Assembly (NCBI RefSeq): GCF_004010195.1
Contig: NC_057719.1
Location: 42,062,239 to 42,126,238, forward strand
From: Chiloscyllium plagiosum
Taxonomy: Eukaryota
Reading direction: 5' to 3'
DNA length: 64,000 bases
Below the pieces are notes generated by a model, which was given only the letters and a program-made list of their open reading frames with translations, was not told where the DNA came from and did no database searches. This document shows positions 14,561-26,785 of the stretch, one piece after another. A program made the translations under genes and the position numbers. Position 1 is the first letter of the stretch. The number at the start of each line of letters is the position of its first letter.

Positions 14561-14699
14561 TTAATTTATTAGTCCTACCTTGTCCCTGCCTGTCCTGACT
14601 CTTTGACTCACTTCTGTTCTCAGCTGTACCTGTCTCAGATCGATCTCTTTCCTCACTATCTCTCTGGGTCCCACCCCTCCCCCCCCACACCTTACTAGT

Positions 14700-15470
14700 T
14701 TAAATCCTCCCAAGCAGTTCTAGCAAATTTCCCTGCCAATTTAGGTGCAATCTGTCCTTGATGTACAGGTCACTTCTACCCCAAAAGAGATTCCAATGAT
14801 CCAAAAATGTGAATCCTTCTCCCATACACCAGCTCCTCAGCCATGCATTCATCTGCTCTATCCTCCTATTCCTGCCCTCACTAGCTCGTAGCACTGGTAG
14901 TAATCCAGATATTACTACCCTTGAGGACCTCCTTTTTAAATTTCTGCCTAACTCTCTGTAATCTCCCTTCAGAGTCTCAACCTTTTCCCTTCCAATGTCG
15001 TTGGTTCCAATGTGGACAATGTCCTCCTGCTGGCCCCTCTCCCCCGTGAGAACATTCTGCACCCTCTCTGAGACATCCTTGATCCTGGCACCAGGGAAAC
15101 AACACACCAATCTGCTTTTTCTCTGCTGGCCACAGAAACGTCTGTCTGTACCTCTGACTACGGAATCCACTAACACAATTGATCTCTTAGAAGCCAACAT
15201 ACCCCTCGTTGCATTAGAGCCAGTCTCAATACCAGAAACTTGGCTGTTCGTGCTACATTCCCCTGAGAATCCATCACCCCCTACATTTTCCAAAACAGCA
15301 TACCTGTTTGAAATGGGTATATCCACAAAAGACTCCTGCCCTAGGTGCTGATCTCTCTCGCCCTTCCTGGAGTTAACCCATCTATGTAACAGTATCTGAG
15401 ACTTGCCCCCCTTCCTATAACTGCCATCCATCACATACTGTTGCTGTTCCAAATTCCTCATCGCTTCTAT
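14700..15470 (-). pseudogene. CR1 ORF1, SGNH/GDSL esterase-like domain
   Basis: VLVDSVVRG (block I), CFPGARIKDV, VHIGTNDI (block III), DRLHLN (block V). Confidence 0.85.
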
Positions 15471-16484
15471 GCCGACATTTTCTTCAGACACCTATATTTT
15501 TCTTCAAGTTAAAAATACTACTAAGACACAACTTTATGCACCTCATAATTGTAACAAGGTTTACCAAACATATGATTTTCTAATGCAATTTTACTGTAAT
15601 AGTCTTATTGCCCCATACCCATAATGTCTGCTATTTTTGTTTGCTTTAACCTACACAGTTACAGCAAACCATGCCAGGGAAAATCCTTCTCAAGTTGGCT
15701 GTAATTTTCAACATTGAGACTTCAAGAGGTTTATGCAAACATCTATTTAATGTCAGCAGCCAACGATTGCAATATCCTTCCCATTAATTTGTTTTATGTT
15801 CAAATATTTGATGGTAGACAATGATTAGATTGAATTAGTTACTATAGAGACAGAAGCTTTCAGCTTCCAAAGTGAAATCAAAGCATTCATACCCTCAGCT
15901 CATTCCAATGTAATGCATTCATTTATCAATCCCAAAATCGTCATACATTTTACTCCAAAAATTCATTTTATTTTCCTGTAATAGCTCACTCAATCATAGA
16001 GTCATACAGCAGGAAACAGACCCTTTGGTCCACCTCATCTACACCAACCAGATATCCTAAAGTCCAATTGGTCAGCATTTGGTCCATATCTCTCTAAATC
16101 CTTCCTATTCATGTACCCATCCAGATGCCTTTTAAATGTTGCAATTGTACCAGCCTCCACCATTTCCTCTGGCAGCTCATTCTCTACACACCCCACTCGC
16201 TTGTGAAAACGTTTCCACTCAAGTCCCTTTTAATTCTTTCCCCTCTCATCTTAAACCTATGCCTGGTAGTTGCCCCCAACCTAGGAAAATAACCTTGGCC
16301 ATTCATCCTATCCATGTCCTTCATGATTTTACTAAACTTTATAAAGTCACCCCTCAGCCTCTGATGCTCCATGAAAAATAGCCCCAACCTATTCTGCCTC
16401 TCCCTATAGCTCAAAACCTCCAACTCTGGCAATATCCTTGTAAATCTTTTCTGAACCCTTTCAAGTTTAACAACATCTTTCCTA

Positions 16485-16738
16485 CGGAGAAAGTGAGGAC
16501 TGCAGATGCTGGAGATCAAAATCAAGAGTGTAGTACTGGAAAAGCACAGCAGGTCAGGCAGCATCCGAGGAGCAGGAGAATTGACGTTTCAGGCATAAGC
16601 CCTTCACATTATGCAATAGTGGAAGTGAAGAAGGTTATCTCAGAGAACAACAGGACCTTGCATAATGTGAACTGTCAATTCTCCTGCTCCTCGGATGCTG
16701 CCTGACCTGCTGTGCTTTTCCAGCACTACACTCTTGAC
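16485..16738. mobile_element. Palindromic PLE-terminus insertion with a captured spacer
   Basis: Arms ~16523-16585 and ~16674-16738 are reverse complements; exact TSD caacatctttccta at 16471-16484 and 16739-16752. Confidence 0.85.
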
Positions 16739-17127
16739 CAACATCTTTCCTATGGCAGGGAGACCAGAACTGAAAGAATTATCTTTAAAATTATCTCACC
16801 CATGTCCTGTGTAGCCACAACATGACCTTCTAACTCCTATACTCAATGCTCTGACCAATAACGGCAAGCATGCCAAATGCCTTCTTCACCTCCACGTCTA
16901 CCTGAGATTCTACTTTCAAGGAATTATGCACCTGCATCCCTCGGTCTCTTTGCTCAACAACATTCGCCAGACCTCTACTATTAACTTTATAAGTCCTCAA
17001 AGTTTGCTTTACCAATCTGCAACACCTGATAGTTATATAAATTAAACTCTATCTGCCATGCCTTGGCCCACTAGCTCATCTGATCAAGATCCTGTTGTTC
17101 TCTGAGATAACCTTCTTCACTGTCCAC

Positions 17128-17447
17128 TATAGCATCAATTTCAGTGTCATCTGCAAACTTACTAACAATTCCTCCTATATAGACATCTAAATAATTTATA
17201 CAAATATTGAAAACTGTGGATGTAGCACCGATCTTTACAGTACACTATTGGTCACAGGCCTCCAGTCCAAAAAACAGTCCAAAACAGGCCTCCAGTCCAA
17301 AATAGCATCAATTTCAGTGTCATCTGCAAACTTACTAACAATACCTCCTGTATAGACATCTAAATAATTTATACAAATAATGAAAACTGGTGGATGTAGC
17401 ATCGATCTTTCCAGTACACTATTGGTCAAAGGCCTCCAGTCCAAAAA
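17128..17447. repeat. Tandem duplication of a CR1 segment (~145-bp copies about 170 bp apart)
   Basis: atagcatcaatttcagtgtcatctgcaaacttactaac...ggcctccagtccaaaa at ~17128-17272 and ~17302-17447, with short repeated pieces at the junction. Confidence 0.9.
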
Positions 17448-18145
17448 ACAACCCACCATCATCATCCTCTGTCTCTGAATTTCAGTTCAATTTTGTATCC
17501 AATTAGCTAGCTCCCCATGTGACCTAACCTTGCTAAACAGTCTACCATGCGAAACCTTGTTGAACACTTGCTGAAGTCCATGTAGACAATGCCCTCCACT
17601 CTGCCTTCATCAATGTTCTTTGTCACCTCTTAAAAAAAACTCTATCAAGTTAGTGAGACATGATTTCCCATGGACAAAGCCATGTTGACTATCCCTAACC
17701 ATTTGTTGTCTTTTCAAATCCTGTCCCTCAGAACTGCCTTCAACAACATATCCATCACAGACATCACGCTCACTGATCTTTAGTTCCCTAACTGTTCCTT
17801 ATAGTCTTTCTTAAATAATGGCACTACATCAGCCACCTTCCAGTCTTCAGGCACCTCACCCATGGTTGTTGATAATACAAGTATCTCAGCAAAGGGCAAA
17901 TCTCTTCCTTAGCTTCCCACAAAATTATATGAGACATCTGATCAGGTCCCAGGGATTTTTCTACCTTAATGCATTCTAAGGCTGCCAGCACTTCCTCTTG
18001 TATAATTGGCTACTTTTCAAAATGTCACTATTTGTATGCACCACACCACAAACTAGCTTCTGCTAATCAACCATGAAAGTATTTGTCACTGTTTGAACAT
18101 TCTGGGCCATTCACAATTGTACTGTAGGAAGAATTGCCCCTGTAG

Positions 18146-18655
18146 ATGGCTGACCTAGTGGCAAGTTGACACATGATTTACTGAGAGGGACCTGGAAGTC
18201 CTGGAGCACAGGATGGTAAAGATGATGGCTGTCCTGATAAAAGAAGAAACTACATCATCAGTCCCTGCTAGCCTGGTCTGAAGGTGCTTTCCAGGTCAGT
18301 ACAGTATCCACGGTCTGGAAAGGTGCCCAGCAATGCAGAAAGAAGCTTAATGACTTTCTGCACTTTATGAGGGTAAGTGCCACCATCCTTCCTCAGCTAC
18401 CTCACACTCATTAGCACCGCTACTCCATTCATTTCCCATCTAGGTTCATGCTCTACTAATCTCATTACTGCAAATAACATCTTTTCTCACTTGCTATCAA
18501 CCAGCCAACGCCTCCACAATATGAACCCTGCATGGCCTCAGCGCTGTCCACTTACACAATCAGGACACCACCTTATGTTATCCACAACAGTACTAACAGT
18601 CACTTTCATCTCACTCAAACCCTCCCTTTCTCTCATTCTATGAGAAAACATCCCA
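18146..18655 (+). pseudogene. Relic of an intron-containing Myb/SANT-like DNA-binding gene of PIF/Harbinger type
   Basis: FTERDLEVL...AWSEGAFQVSTVSTVWKGAQQCRKKLNDFL followed by donor ag-g|gtaagt at 18373; intron/acceptor sequence ccctccctttctctcatt is shared with the minus-strand copy near 32975-32995. Confidence 0.65.
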
Positions 18656-18729
18656 CAGACATCCATTTGTATGTTAGCTAGGTTAGAGTCGAGAGCACAT
18701 TCTGGTGAACACATCCCTGGCATCCTTTT

Positions 18730-19040
18730 AGGGCATTTTGGTAGCTCAGTGGTTAGCAATGCTACCTCACAGCACCAGGGACCCTGGTTCAATTCCACCC
18801 TCAGGCAAGTGTGTGGAGTTTGTACACACTTCCTGTGTTTGTGTGGGTTTCCTCTGGGTGCTCCGGCTTCCTCGACAGTCCAGAGATGCACAGGTTAAGT
18901 GGATTAGCCATGGGAAATACAGAGTTATAGGGATAGTGTTGAAAGGATAGGTCTGGATGGAATAGTATTCAGAGGGCTGGTGTGGACTCAATGGGCTGAA
19001 TGGTCTGCTTTCATGCTGTAGGGAATCAATAGATTCTATA
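18730..19040 (+). mobile_element. HE1-like SINE
   Basis: ggtagctcagtggttagc (A box), ggttcaattcc (B box), HE1 core, tail gattcta. Confidence 0.8.
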
Positions 19041-19999
19041 TGCTGGTTATGGAAGAAAAATCACAGGTTGTCAACACTCTGAGGCCTACCAGAGAGCAGA
19101 CACCAGCTCGGTCCCAAGAAGGAGATCACCCCATTGCAATGCGTAAATAGACACAGAAGCAGTAAGCATATTTACCATAGTTACCCTGGGAACTAATTCA
19201 AAAGTTGGGGGAATGCTCAGGCAGTGCTATTTGTACTGTGCTGCCTCAGCATTTAAGGATCTGGCTGCCTCTAAATTGAAAGGTAGGCTGGTAGCATCCA
19301 GGACCAGCAGTCTCAGTGTCTGCCAAACATGTGCAGAAACCTATACTCCATCTCTACAGTCATTGGTGCAAGGCAAGAGAGTAATGAGAGACCTTGACCT
19401 CCCACCAGGTTCACCTTACTCTCAAAGAGACAGGTTGGTGCCAGTATGTACCTAGCCTGTGGAGGAACCATAAACAGCAACTCCCACCCCAAATGTCTCC
19501 TCTCACACCAAACTATAGGTGGCCAGCCCTACGACCTCTACCCTCAATCCCCAACCCTGTGGAAGTTCAAGACAAGGAAGGTGAGCCTGCATCAGAATAT
19601 GTATGAACCTTCAATCCACAGAAGTTCTCAGGGTCACCCTTTCAAAACCACTTGGCCAACAAGCTTCACTTTAGAAAAATCAGAAATTGCTGGACAAACT
19701 CAACAGGTCTAACAGCATCGATGGAGAGAAAGCAGAGTCAACATTTGGGTCCAGTGATGATTCTTCTGAAGGCACCTAAGCCTGGAAGGATAGCAACAGG
19801 AACTGGCCACATCCACTAGAGCTTGATGCTGGTCCTGAGCTTCCAATATGCATGAAGTTATCATTGCTCCCTGTATAACAGCCACAATAAATGTGATCAT
19901 TTAACTGTCGAAACACGCACCAACAACATTTGAACATCATCCTCCAAATATATTGTTCTCAATGTTGAAAGTTTCATTTTTCTGACTTCACAATATTTT

Positions 20000-21305
20000 C
20001 CCACCCGATTTGCCATTGCCCAGTCTGTCAGGTGTTAGAAAAGTTCTGTCCAAAGAGTCCACAAAAGGATATAGATAGATTTAGTCAGTGCCAAACGTTT
20101 GGTACTCGGAGTGTAATGAGGGAAAATGTGAATTCTGGTGGGGGAGAATTGAAAAGGGGAATATCTTTTAAATGTAGAGAGACTACAAAATGTCATGGTA
20201 CAGATGGATTTGGGTGTCACTCTTTTGAATCACAAAATATTAGCATTCTTTTTACAGCAAGTAATTAGGATGTCAGTGGAATTTTTCCATTTGTTGAAAA
20301 AAGATGGATTATAAAAGTAATGAATTGTTGCTACAACTGTGTGTGCATTTTGAGTATTTTATAATTTTTATTTTGTTCTCCTTATTCATCAATGGTTGTA
20401 CTTGCATTGGAAGCAGTTCGAAGATCTTTCATTAGACTGATTCCAGGGATGAGTACTTTGTCTTATGAGAGAGGATTCAGCAAGTTGGGCTAATATTTAG
20501 TAGAGTTAAGAAGAATGAGAGGTGATCTTATGAGAGGCATTTAAGATTATTAAAGGATTGGACACTCTGGAAGCAGGAAGCATGTTTCTGCTGATTGGTG
20601 AGTCCCGAACCAGAAGACACAGTTTAAAATAAGGGGTAGGCCACTTAGAACAGAGTTGAGGAGAAACTTCTTCACTCAGAGAGTGGTGGGTATATGGAAT
20701 GCTCTGCCCCAGAAGGCTGTGGAGGCCAAGTCTCTGGATACTTTCAAGAAAGAGTTGGATAGAGCTCTTAAGGATAGTGGAATCAAAGATTATGGGGATA
20801 AGGCAGGAACAGGATACTGATTGAGGATGATCAGCCATGATCATAATGAATGGTGGTGCTGACTCGAAGGGCAGAATGGCCTACTCCTGCACCTATTGTC
20901 TATTGTCTATTATCTTATTGCAACATCATACTCTGAGCAGGATGGATAGGGTGGATGTTGAAATGATCTTTTGCCTTGTGGTGGAGTCTTGAACCAGGGA
21001 TCACACTTAAGAAACCAGCCTATTAGACCATTTCTCCCATTTAAAATGGAGATGAAGAGGGATTTCTTCCCTCAAAGGGTCATTAAACTTAAAGGAATTC
21101 TCTATCCCAGAGTGCAGGGGAGGCTGGACCATTGAATATGCTTCAGGCCAAGGTAGACCATTTTTTAAATATCTATGAGGGGTTAAACATTATGGGAAAC
21201 AGGCAAGCAAATGGAAGCAAGAACACAATTAAATCAGCCATGATATTATTGAATATTTAAGCAGGCTGGGCAGGTCTGTGTTCCAATTCTGCTATTTCTT
21301 ATGTT
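20000..21305 (+). mobile_element. Old CR1 fragment with a younger CR1 3' end nested at ~20500-20910
   Basis: Younger part: gaaacttcttcactcagagagtggtg...tail attgtctattgtctat; older flanks show diverged CR1 ORF2 and 3' UTR. Confidence 0.75.
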
Positions 21306-21512
21306 CAAATATCCTGAGATTGATTAAGTTGAAGGAATATTCCTAGTTTGACTGACCAGATGTGTTCCTCTTTTACACTAATTTTTAAATACAATCCAAT
21401 TTAGACATGAAACATCGCATATAAATATCCTAAATATTTTGGCACATGACATTTCACAACCTTTTGTTAGAACTCTGGTGGCCTGCTGGTTGTTTTTCAG
21501 TCCTGAACAGAA

Positions 21513-22295
21513 TTCCCTCCCCACCCATTTCCGCTTTCCGCAAAGACCGTACCCTCCATGACTACCTGGTCAGGTCCACACCCCCCAACAACCCACCCTC
21601 CCCTCCTGGCACCCTCCCTGCCACCGCAGGAATTGCAAAACCTGCGCCCACATCCATCAAAGTTTTACCTGCACATCCACCAATGTCATTTATTGTATCC
21701 GTTGCACCCGATGCGATCCCCTCTACATTGGGGAGACTGGACGCCTCCTCACAGAGTGCTTTAGAGAACATCTACAGGACACCTGCACCAATCAACCCCA
21801 CTGCTCTGTGGCCCAACATTTCAACTCCCCCTCCCACTCTGCCAAGGACATGCAGATCCTGGGCCTCCTCCACTGCTGCTCCCTCACCACCCGATGCCTG
21901 GAGGAAGAACGCCTCATCTTCTGACTCAGAACACTTGAACCCCATGGCATCAATATGGATTTCACCAGTTTCCTCATTTCCCCTTCCCCCACCTCACCCC
22001 AGTTCCAACCTTCCAGCTCAGCACTGTCCCCATGACCTGTCCTACCTGCCTATCTTTCTTCCCACCTATCCACTCCACCCTCCTCTCTGACCTATCACCT
22101 CCATCCCCACCCCCACTCATCTATTGTACTCTATGCTACTTTCTCCCCACCCCTACCCCCCTCTCATTTATCTCTTCACTCTGCAGGCACCCTGCCTCTA
22201 TTCCTGATTAACGTTTTTTGCCTGAAACGTCGATTTTCCTGCTCCTCGGATGCTGCCTGACCTGCTGTGCTTTTCCAGCACCACTCTAATCCCGA
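21513..22295 (+). mobile_element. Penelope-like element 3' part (GIY-YIG region plus terminal repeat)
   Basis: VIYCIRCTRCDPLYIGETGRLLTECFREH (GIY-YIG); terminus cctgattaacg...gcctgaaacgtcg...gctcctcggatgctgcctgacctgctgtgc. Confidence 0.85.
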
Positions 22296-22880
22296 ATCTT
22301 TTCTTATTCAGTGCCTATTCTACCAAAATTAACAGCCCTTGATCTGTCTTTAGTGCTATCACATCAGAGACCCATTTCAAGGTCCTATGAAAACATTTTG
22401 TGCTTTTGGATATTTTGGCCAAATCACTTACTACTATCAAACTTGTTACCCGAACTAAAATGAGAAATAATGTAAAACTTCCTCACATCTCAGTATGTAT
22501 TGCAAGGTGATGTGTTTAGCTTTATAAATATAGTGTAATTACTTTGGCAAATACTAAATCAGATGCTACATTTCTATATTGACTAGCAGTGTTTTAAAAG
22601 CATATTCACATAGAATATGATTACTAGACTGCCAAATTGAAGCTTTACAGCCAAGAGGTACAATGTTGTTAAGTAAGTGTTAAGTGATGATGAGTTTGAC
22701 TGAAATCATCCTGTTTTCTCTTTTTGCTTAAACCTGATTGATAACATTCATGTAAATTAGGCGGAATTGCTGTGTGTGCTCTCCCAATCTTCAAATGCAA
22801 TTTCTCTAGGGTTGCAGCAATCTTCCACTTAAGTTATGGAAAGAGATTGAGCACATCTTCAGTTTCATGGCTGCAGCGAT

Positions 22881-23090
22881 TGTAAAGAGGTCAGCCAGGT
22901 AGATCTCGTGGAATATGAGTTCCCTGATCGGGGCTGTTAATTTGCTCCAAACAAGGAGCCCTGCCGGACAGATATAAACAGGAGTGTCAGAGGTTCTGGT
23001 CACTCTGAGGAAGCCAGACCAGTGTCAAGTACTATGCACGTGAAAATAAAGGGTGACTTGGTGACAGGATAGCAGCCACTGTACTTTTCA
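22881..23090 (+). mobile_element. Probable short solo LTR
   Basis: Starts TGTAAAG; TATAAA at ~22973, AATAAA at ~23045; ends ...ttca, abutting a SINE tail. Confidence 0.55.
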
Positions 23091-23387
23091 TAGAATCCCT
23101 GCAGTGTGAAAGCATCAAGTCCATACTGTTCCTCCAAAGAGCACCCCACCCAGATCCACATCATCCCTGCAATTCTGCATTTCCTATGGCTAATCCACCC
23201 AGCCATGCATATCCTGGAAACTATGGGGAATTTACCATTACCAACCCAGCTAACCTGCACATCTTTGGACTGTGGGAGGACATACGAGAAGAATGTGCAA
23301 ACTCCACACAGACAGTTGCCCAAAGGCTGGAATCGAACCTGGGACCCTGGTGCTGTGGGGTAACAGTGCTAACCACTGAGCCACCCA
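23091..23387 (-). mobile_element. HE1-like SINE
   Basis: Minus strand ggtggctcagtggttagcac (A box), ggttcgattcc (B box), HE1 core. Confidence 0.8.
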
Positions 23388-24663
23388 GGTGTTAGGTGAG
23401 TTGTTTTTAGTTACTGTCAGACTTCTTGCATTCTAAAAAATATAGTTTTGTTTATTTATAACTTGTTGACAAACGGAATAAAAAGATCAATTGCTGAAAG
23501 CATAATGTATAGGAAAATCACAAAGTGATGAAGAAAAAATACCAATTAATTCATCAAAATGATTACAGGTTAATTGCATTCAAAGAACCATAATATAATC
23601 TAGATTTATGAAACTTAAAAAATTTTAAAAATGTCTTATTATTTACTTTCATAATTAGCTAAAGTGTATACTTTAAGTAATGAAGGGGTGTTGGAAAGAC
23701 TGTGTTACAGTGTATACATCATACAGTAAATATAGCTCTCAAGTATCAACTTCCAAAATGAATTTTTCTAATCTTACCACGTCATTTGAAGTGCAAATTG
23801 GCAGGCAAGCTTTCATTAAATTCATGTTAACCATAGAACTGCAGATTATCCTTCAGTTCTGAACACAAAGATGCATAACATTTATTTTTGGCAATATTCA
23901 AGAAAAAGCTCAGGAGAAATTAGCATCTTACATTCATCATGGAAATGTGAAATAAACATTAAAGAATAATTAGCATGAGGGTTAAAAGATGATACATTTT
24001 AAAAAGGAATGTCATTGAATACATTAAGTGAAAGAATAGACATATTAAAGACTGATGTTGGTGAGAAATCACTAGGAAATAGGTTTTATAAAGCCATGTC
24101 ATAGTGGAGGAAGAGCTAAATATTATTGGTAAAAGGGAATCCACAAGTACATCTAGAGGTAAAATAAATTAGAGTTAATAAAGAGAAATATAAATAAATT
24201 TCAATATGTAAGGCAGAATTTCATGTCGCTCAACATTGGGGGAGAGCTGTGGGGCTTCATCTTATTTTTGGTGGTGCTCTGGTGGGGTGGGCTCCACACC
24301 ATGTGGGCAGGCAGCTGGATTATACCCTGGAAACCACTCTGCATAGTAAGTTGGAAGCACACCTAATGAGTATTTTTGTACCCTACAGAAGGCACCCAAC
24401 TGCAATAGTAGGGGCTACTTCTATTGGAAGAGCCACTTCCATCTTTCTCACCTCCTCACTTAAGTCTGCCTGACTAGTTCTGGTGAGTTGCCCCAATTCA
24501 TCACCTTCTTAGGGCCTCCATCATTACTGTTGCTCTAGGCGTCTTGCATTTCCAGCAATGGCCATTGTTCTCAGTGGAGCTGTAGAGACTGAAGAAGAAA
24601 TGGTCCTCTTCAGACACTTCATCTTCCAGAGCATAGGGGTTCCGACACCAGGCAGAAAACTAC

Positions 24664-24762
24664 TTGACAAAGGGTCAGTTAGACTCAAAACGTCAGCTCT
24701 TTTCTCTCCTTACAGATGCTGCCAGACCTGCTGAGATTTTCCAGTATTTTCTCTTTTGGTTT
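24664..24762 (+). mobile_element. Solo PLE terminus (~100 bp) starting at a decayed hammerhead core
   Basis: ttgacaa-agggtc-agtta-gactc-aaaacgtc, then gatgctgccagacctgctgag; exact TSD cagaaaactac at 24653-24663 and 24763-24773. Confidence 0.75.
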
Positions 24763-24914
24763 CAGAAAACTACTGGATAGTCATTTAATTCCATTGGTAT
24801 CCTGGAAGTGGACATGACAGAGTTGTCACCAGCTTCCCAATTAGTGAAACGGACCATCATTGCAGTCATTAAATTTAACACAGTGTCTTTCATGACCATT
24901 GGATGTCTGAAATG

Positions 24915-25115
24915 TTTTATGGCCAACTGAGTACTTCTGACATGTAGTTACTGTTGTGATTTAGGAAAGTCAGCAGGTAACTTATGCTCAACAAACAGCT
25001 AAAAACAAAACAGTGAAAGTAACCAGCCAACTGTGTGGTGCTAAACTGGAGATAAATATTGGCCAACTGAAGTTAATTCCTTTGTTCATCTTTGAAATAA
25101 TATCATGGGACACAT
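24915..25115 (-). mobile_element. Possible ancient DeuSINE/SacSINE1-like fragment
   Basis: gtacttctgacatgtagttactgttgtgatttaggaaa...gataaatattggcca resembles the reverse of the Deu-type SINE body (recalled, not searched). Confidence 0.4.
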
Positions 25116-25369
25116 TCTCATTTTTGTCTCTTGGTGGTATCTATGGGCTTTTCTCATTAGTCAAGAGGCCAGTGCTGCAAGACAACTCTGTCTCACCCTT
25201 AAGGAGAGAGCATTGATGCCTCAATGGAAGTATTGATAAATCTGTCTCCTGCAGCCTCCACTAGCTCAGGTACTGACCTTTCAATGGTATTTTAGTTAGA
25301 GCTGCTGGTGAACCCATCAATGCCACATCTCAACAGCTGACTGTGTAAGTAATACCCCAGGTCATTGGC

Positions 25370-25650
25370 ACCCAAAGAACAGCCAGAGATCAGGCACCTT
25401 CCCACACCAGGCAGGAGAGGACCCCATGGTGTCAGCAGTTCATGACTTCATTGACCTGTTCAAACAGATTTGCCAGAGGCACTGGGCGAGTTGACACAAA
25501 GTAACAATGAGGTCTGGACCCTGCTGCCTCAGGCATATAATGTCTCCAGGGACAGATTGGTGGCTGCCATGGAGAGACAGGTCCAAAGTCTCAGAATTTC
25601 AGGGAATGCACACAGACCTATACTCCATCGTTCTGGCCATTGGGGTTCAG
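25370..25650 (+). pseudogene. Downstream exon relic of the same Harbinger-like Myb family
   Basis: gtctccagggacagattggtggctgccatggagagacagg is similar to the minus strand of ~32170-32205 (gtctctgtggacaggttgccatggagagccaag). Confidence 0.45.
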
Positions 25651-25689
25651 CACAAACAAGGTGACAAGGGTACATGTGACTTTGAAAAA

Positions 25690-25965
25690 AAAATAATGAT
25701 AGATTTAAGAAGTGATGTGCAAAAGAAGCAAAGGTGATCTGAAAAATATCTTTTTCACAGAGAGAGCCATTAGGGTATGGAGTACATTGCTTGGAAATGT
25801 AGTGGAAGCATGTTCAATAGAGGCATTCAAGAAGACATTGGATGGTTATTTGGATAGAAATGGTCTGCAGTGATATTGAGAAAAAGCAGGAGATTCACAC
25901 TTGGTAACAGAACCAGTGTAGGCTTGGGCTTGCCTCCTTCTGCATGGTAATAATTCTGTGATTCT
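25690..25965 (+). mobile_element. Old CR1 3' fragment
   Basis: tttttcacagagag...gtagtggaagca...gcctccttctgc...aattctgtgattct tail. Confidence 0.7.
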
Positions 25966-26564
25966 TACATAAATAACCTCACCTTGACTATTACAAGACT
26001 CTCTGCACCCAATGTTCCTCTAGCTTCCCTCCCACTGTAGTGACAATTGATAACCGTCTCAACACCACCAGTCCCAGAGCTGACCATGGCCCACAACTTT
26101 GAGTGATTTATTTGGAGAGCTCTGAACAATGAGTGATCAGACCCCTGAATGCTTTCTGTACATTTCACTCACTGTGTTCCTTTGACTTTTCAGGCTGTTT
26201 ACTCTGGAGCTTGGAGCTAACCATGTCCCGATCTCCTACTATATATGCATGGACCCCTTCCCCCCCCCACCCGCCCCTGACCACTCTGAGCAGACAACTG
26301 ACTGTGTCCAAGTCCTGGACTGATGCCAGAGATTACCCTTGACTTGCTGTGTTGGAACTCCCGAACTGAAGGATGGGGACTTTAATGAAGAGTATTCCCC
26401 TTAGATTTTCAAACATGGCAGCTTGCTTGAAGCACATGCAGTGACTTTAGCACAAACGTAGCTGACAAGGCACAGCTGTAGCACTAACATGGTGCTAGAA
26501 ACATGACTACCTTCTTGATTCAAAAGTGCTGACAACTATGTAAAGCTGCCTGGCTTTTTATCAG

Positions 26565-26785
26565 TGTCGAAAAGTGTGGCACTGGAAAAGTACAGCAGGT
26601 CAGGAGGCATCCAAAGAGCAGGAGAGTTGACATTTCTGGCATAAGCCCTTCATTACGAATGAAGGACTTATGCCTAAAACGTCGAATCTCCAGCTCATCG
26701 GATGCCACCTGACCTGCTGTGCTTTTCCAGCGCCACACTTTTTGACTCTAACTCTCCAGCATCTGCACTCCTCACTCTCTCTCAG
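26565..26785. mobile_element. Palindromic PLE-terminus insertion
   Basis: Symmetry centre cccttcatt-acg-aatgaagg (~26655); TSD tggctttttatcag (26551-26564) / tggctttgtttcag (26786-26799). Confidence 0.8.

Larger units (their letters stand above)
12017..15470 (-). mobile_element. Long CR1-type LINE copy with ORF1 and ORF2, missing its 3' end
   Basis: ORF1 esterase, AP endonuclease (GFYYRPP, MVGDFNLPNINW, SDHN) and RT (KSPGPD, NYRPVSLT, VPQGLVLGPLLF, SKFVDDTK) in the canonical order, with frameshifts and stops. Confidence 0.95.
15995..18030 (-). mobile_element. Older CR1 LINE (RT to 3' tail) with a nested PLE palindrome and an internal duplication
   Basis: SKFADDT, KDVVKLERVQKRFTR, tail catagagtcatacagc; colinear with the 12017-15470 copy. 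Confidence 0.9.

Noticed and set aside
19600..19900. Possible Harbinger transposase remnant (CYTGSNDNF, cf. YPGSxHD)
   Set aside because: Similarity too weak to call by eye; kept only as a lead.
21446..22090. 214-aa Pro-rich ORF, and similar ORFs at 36656-38079 and 58207-58964
   Set aside because: Alternative frames of C-rich PLE sequence, not separate genes.
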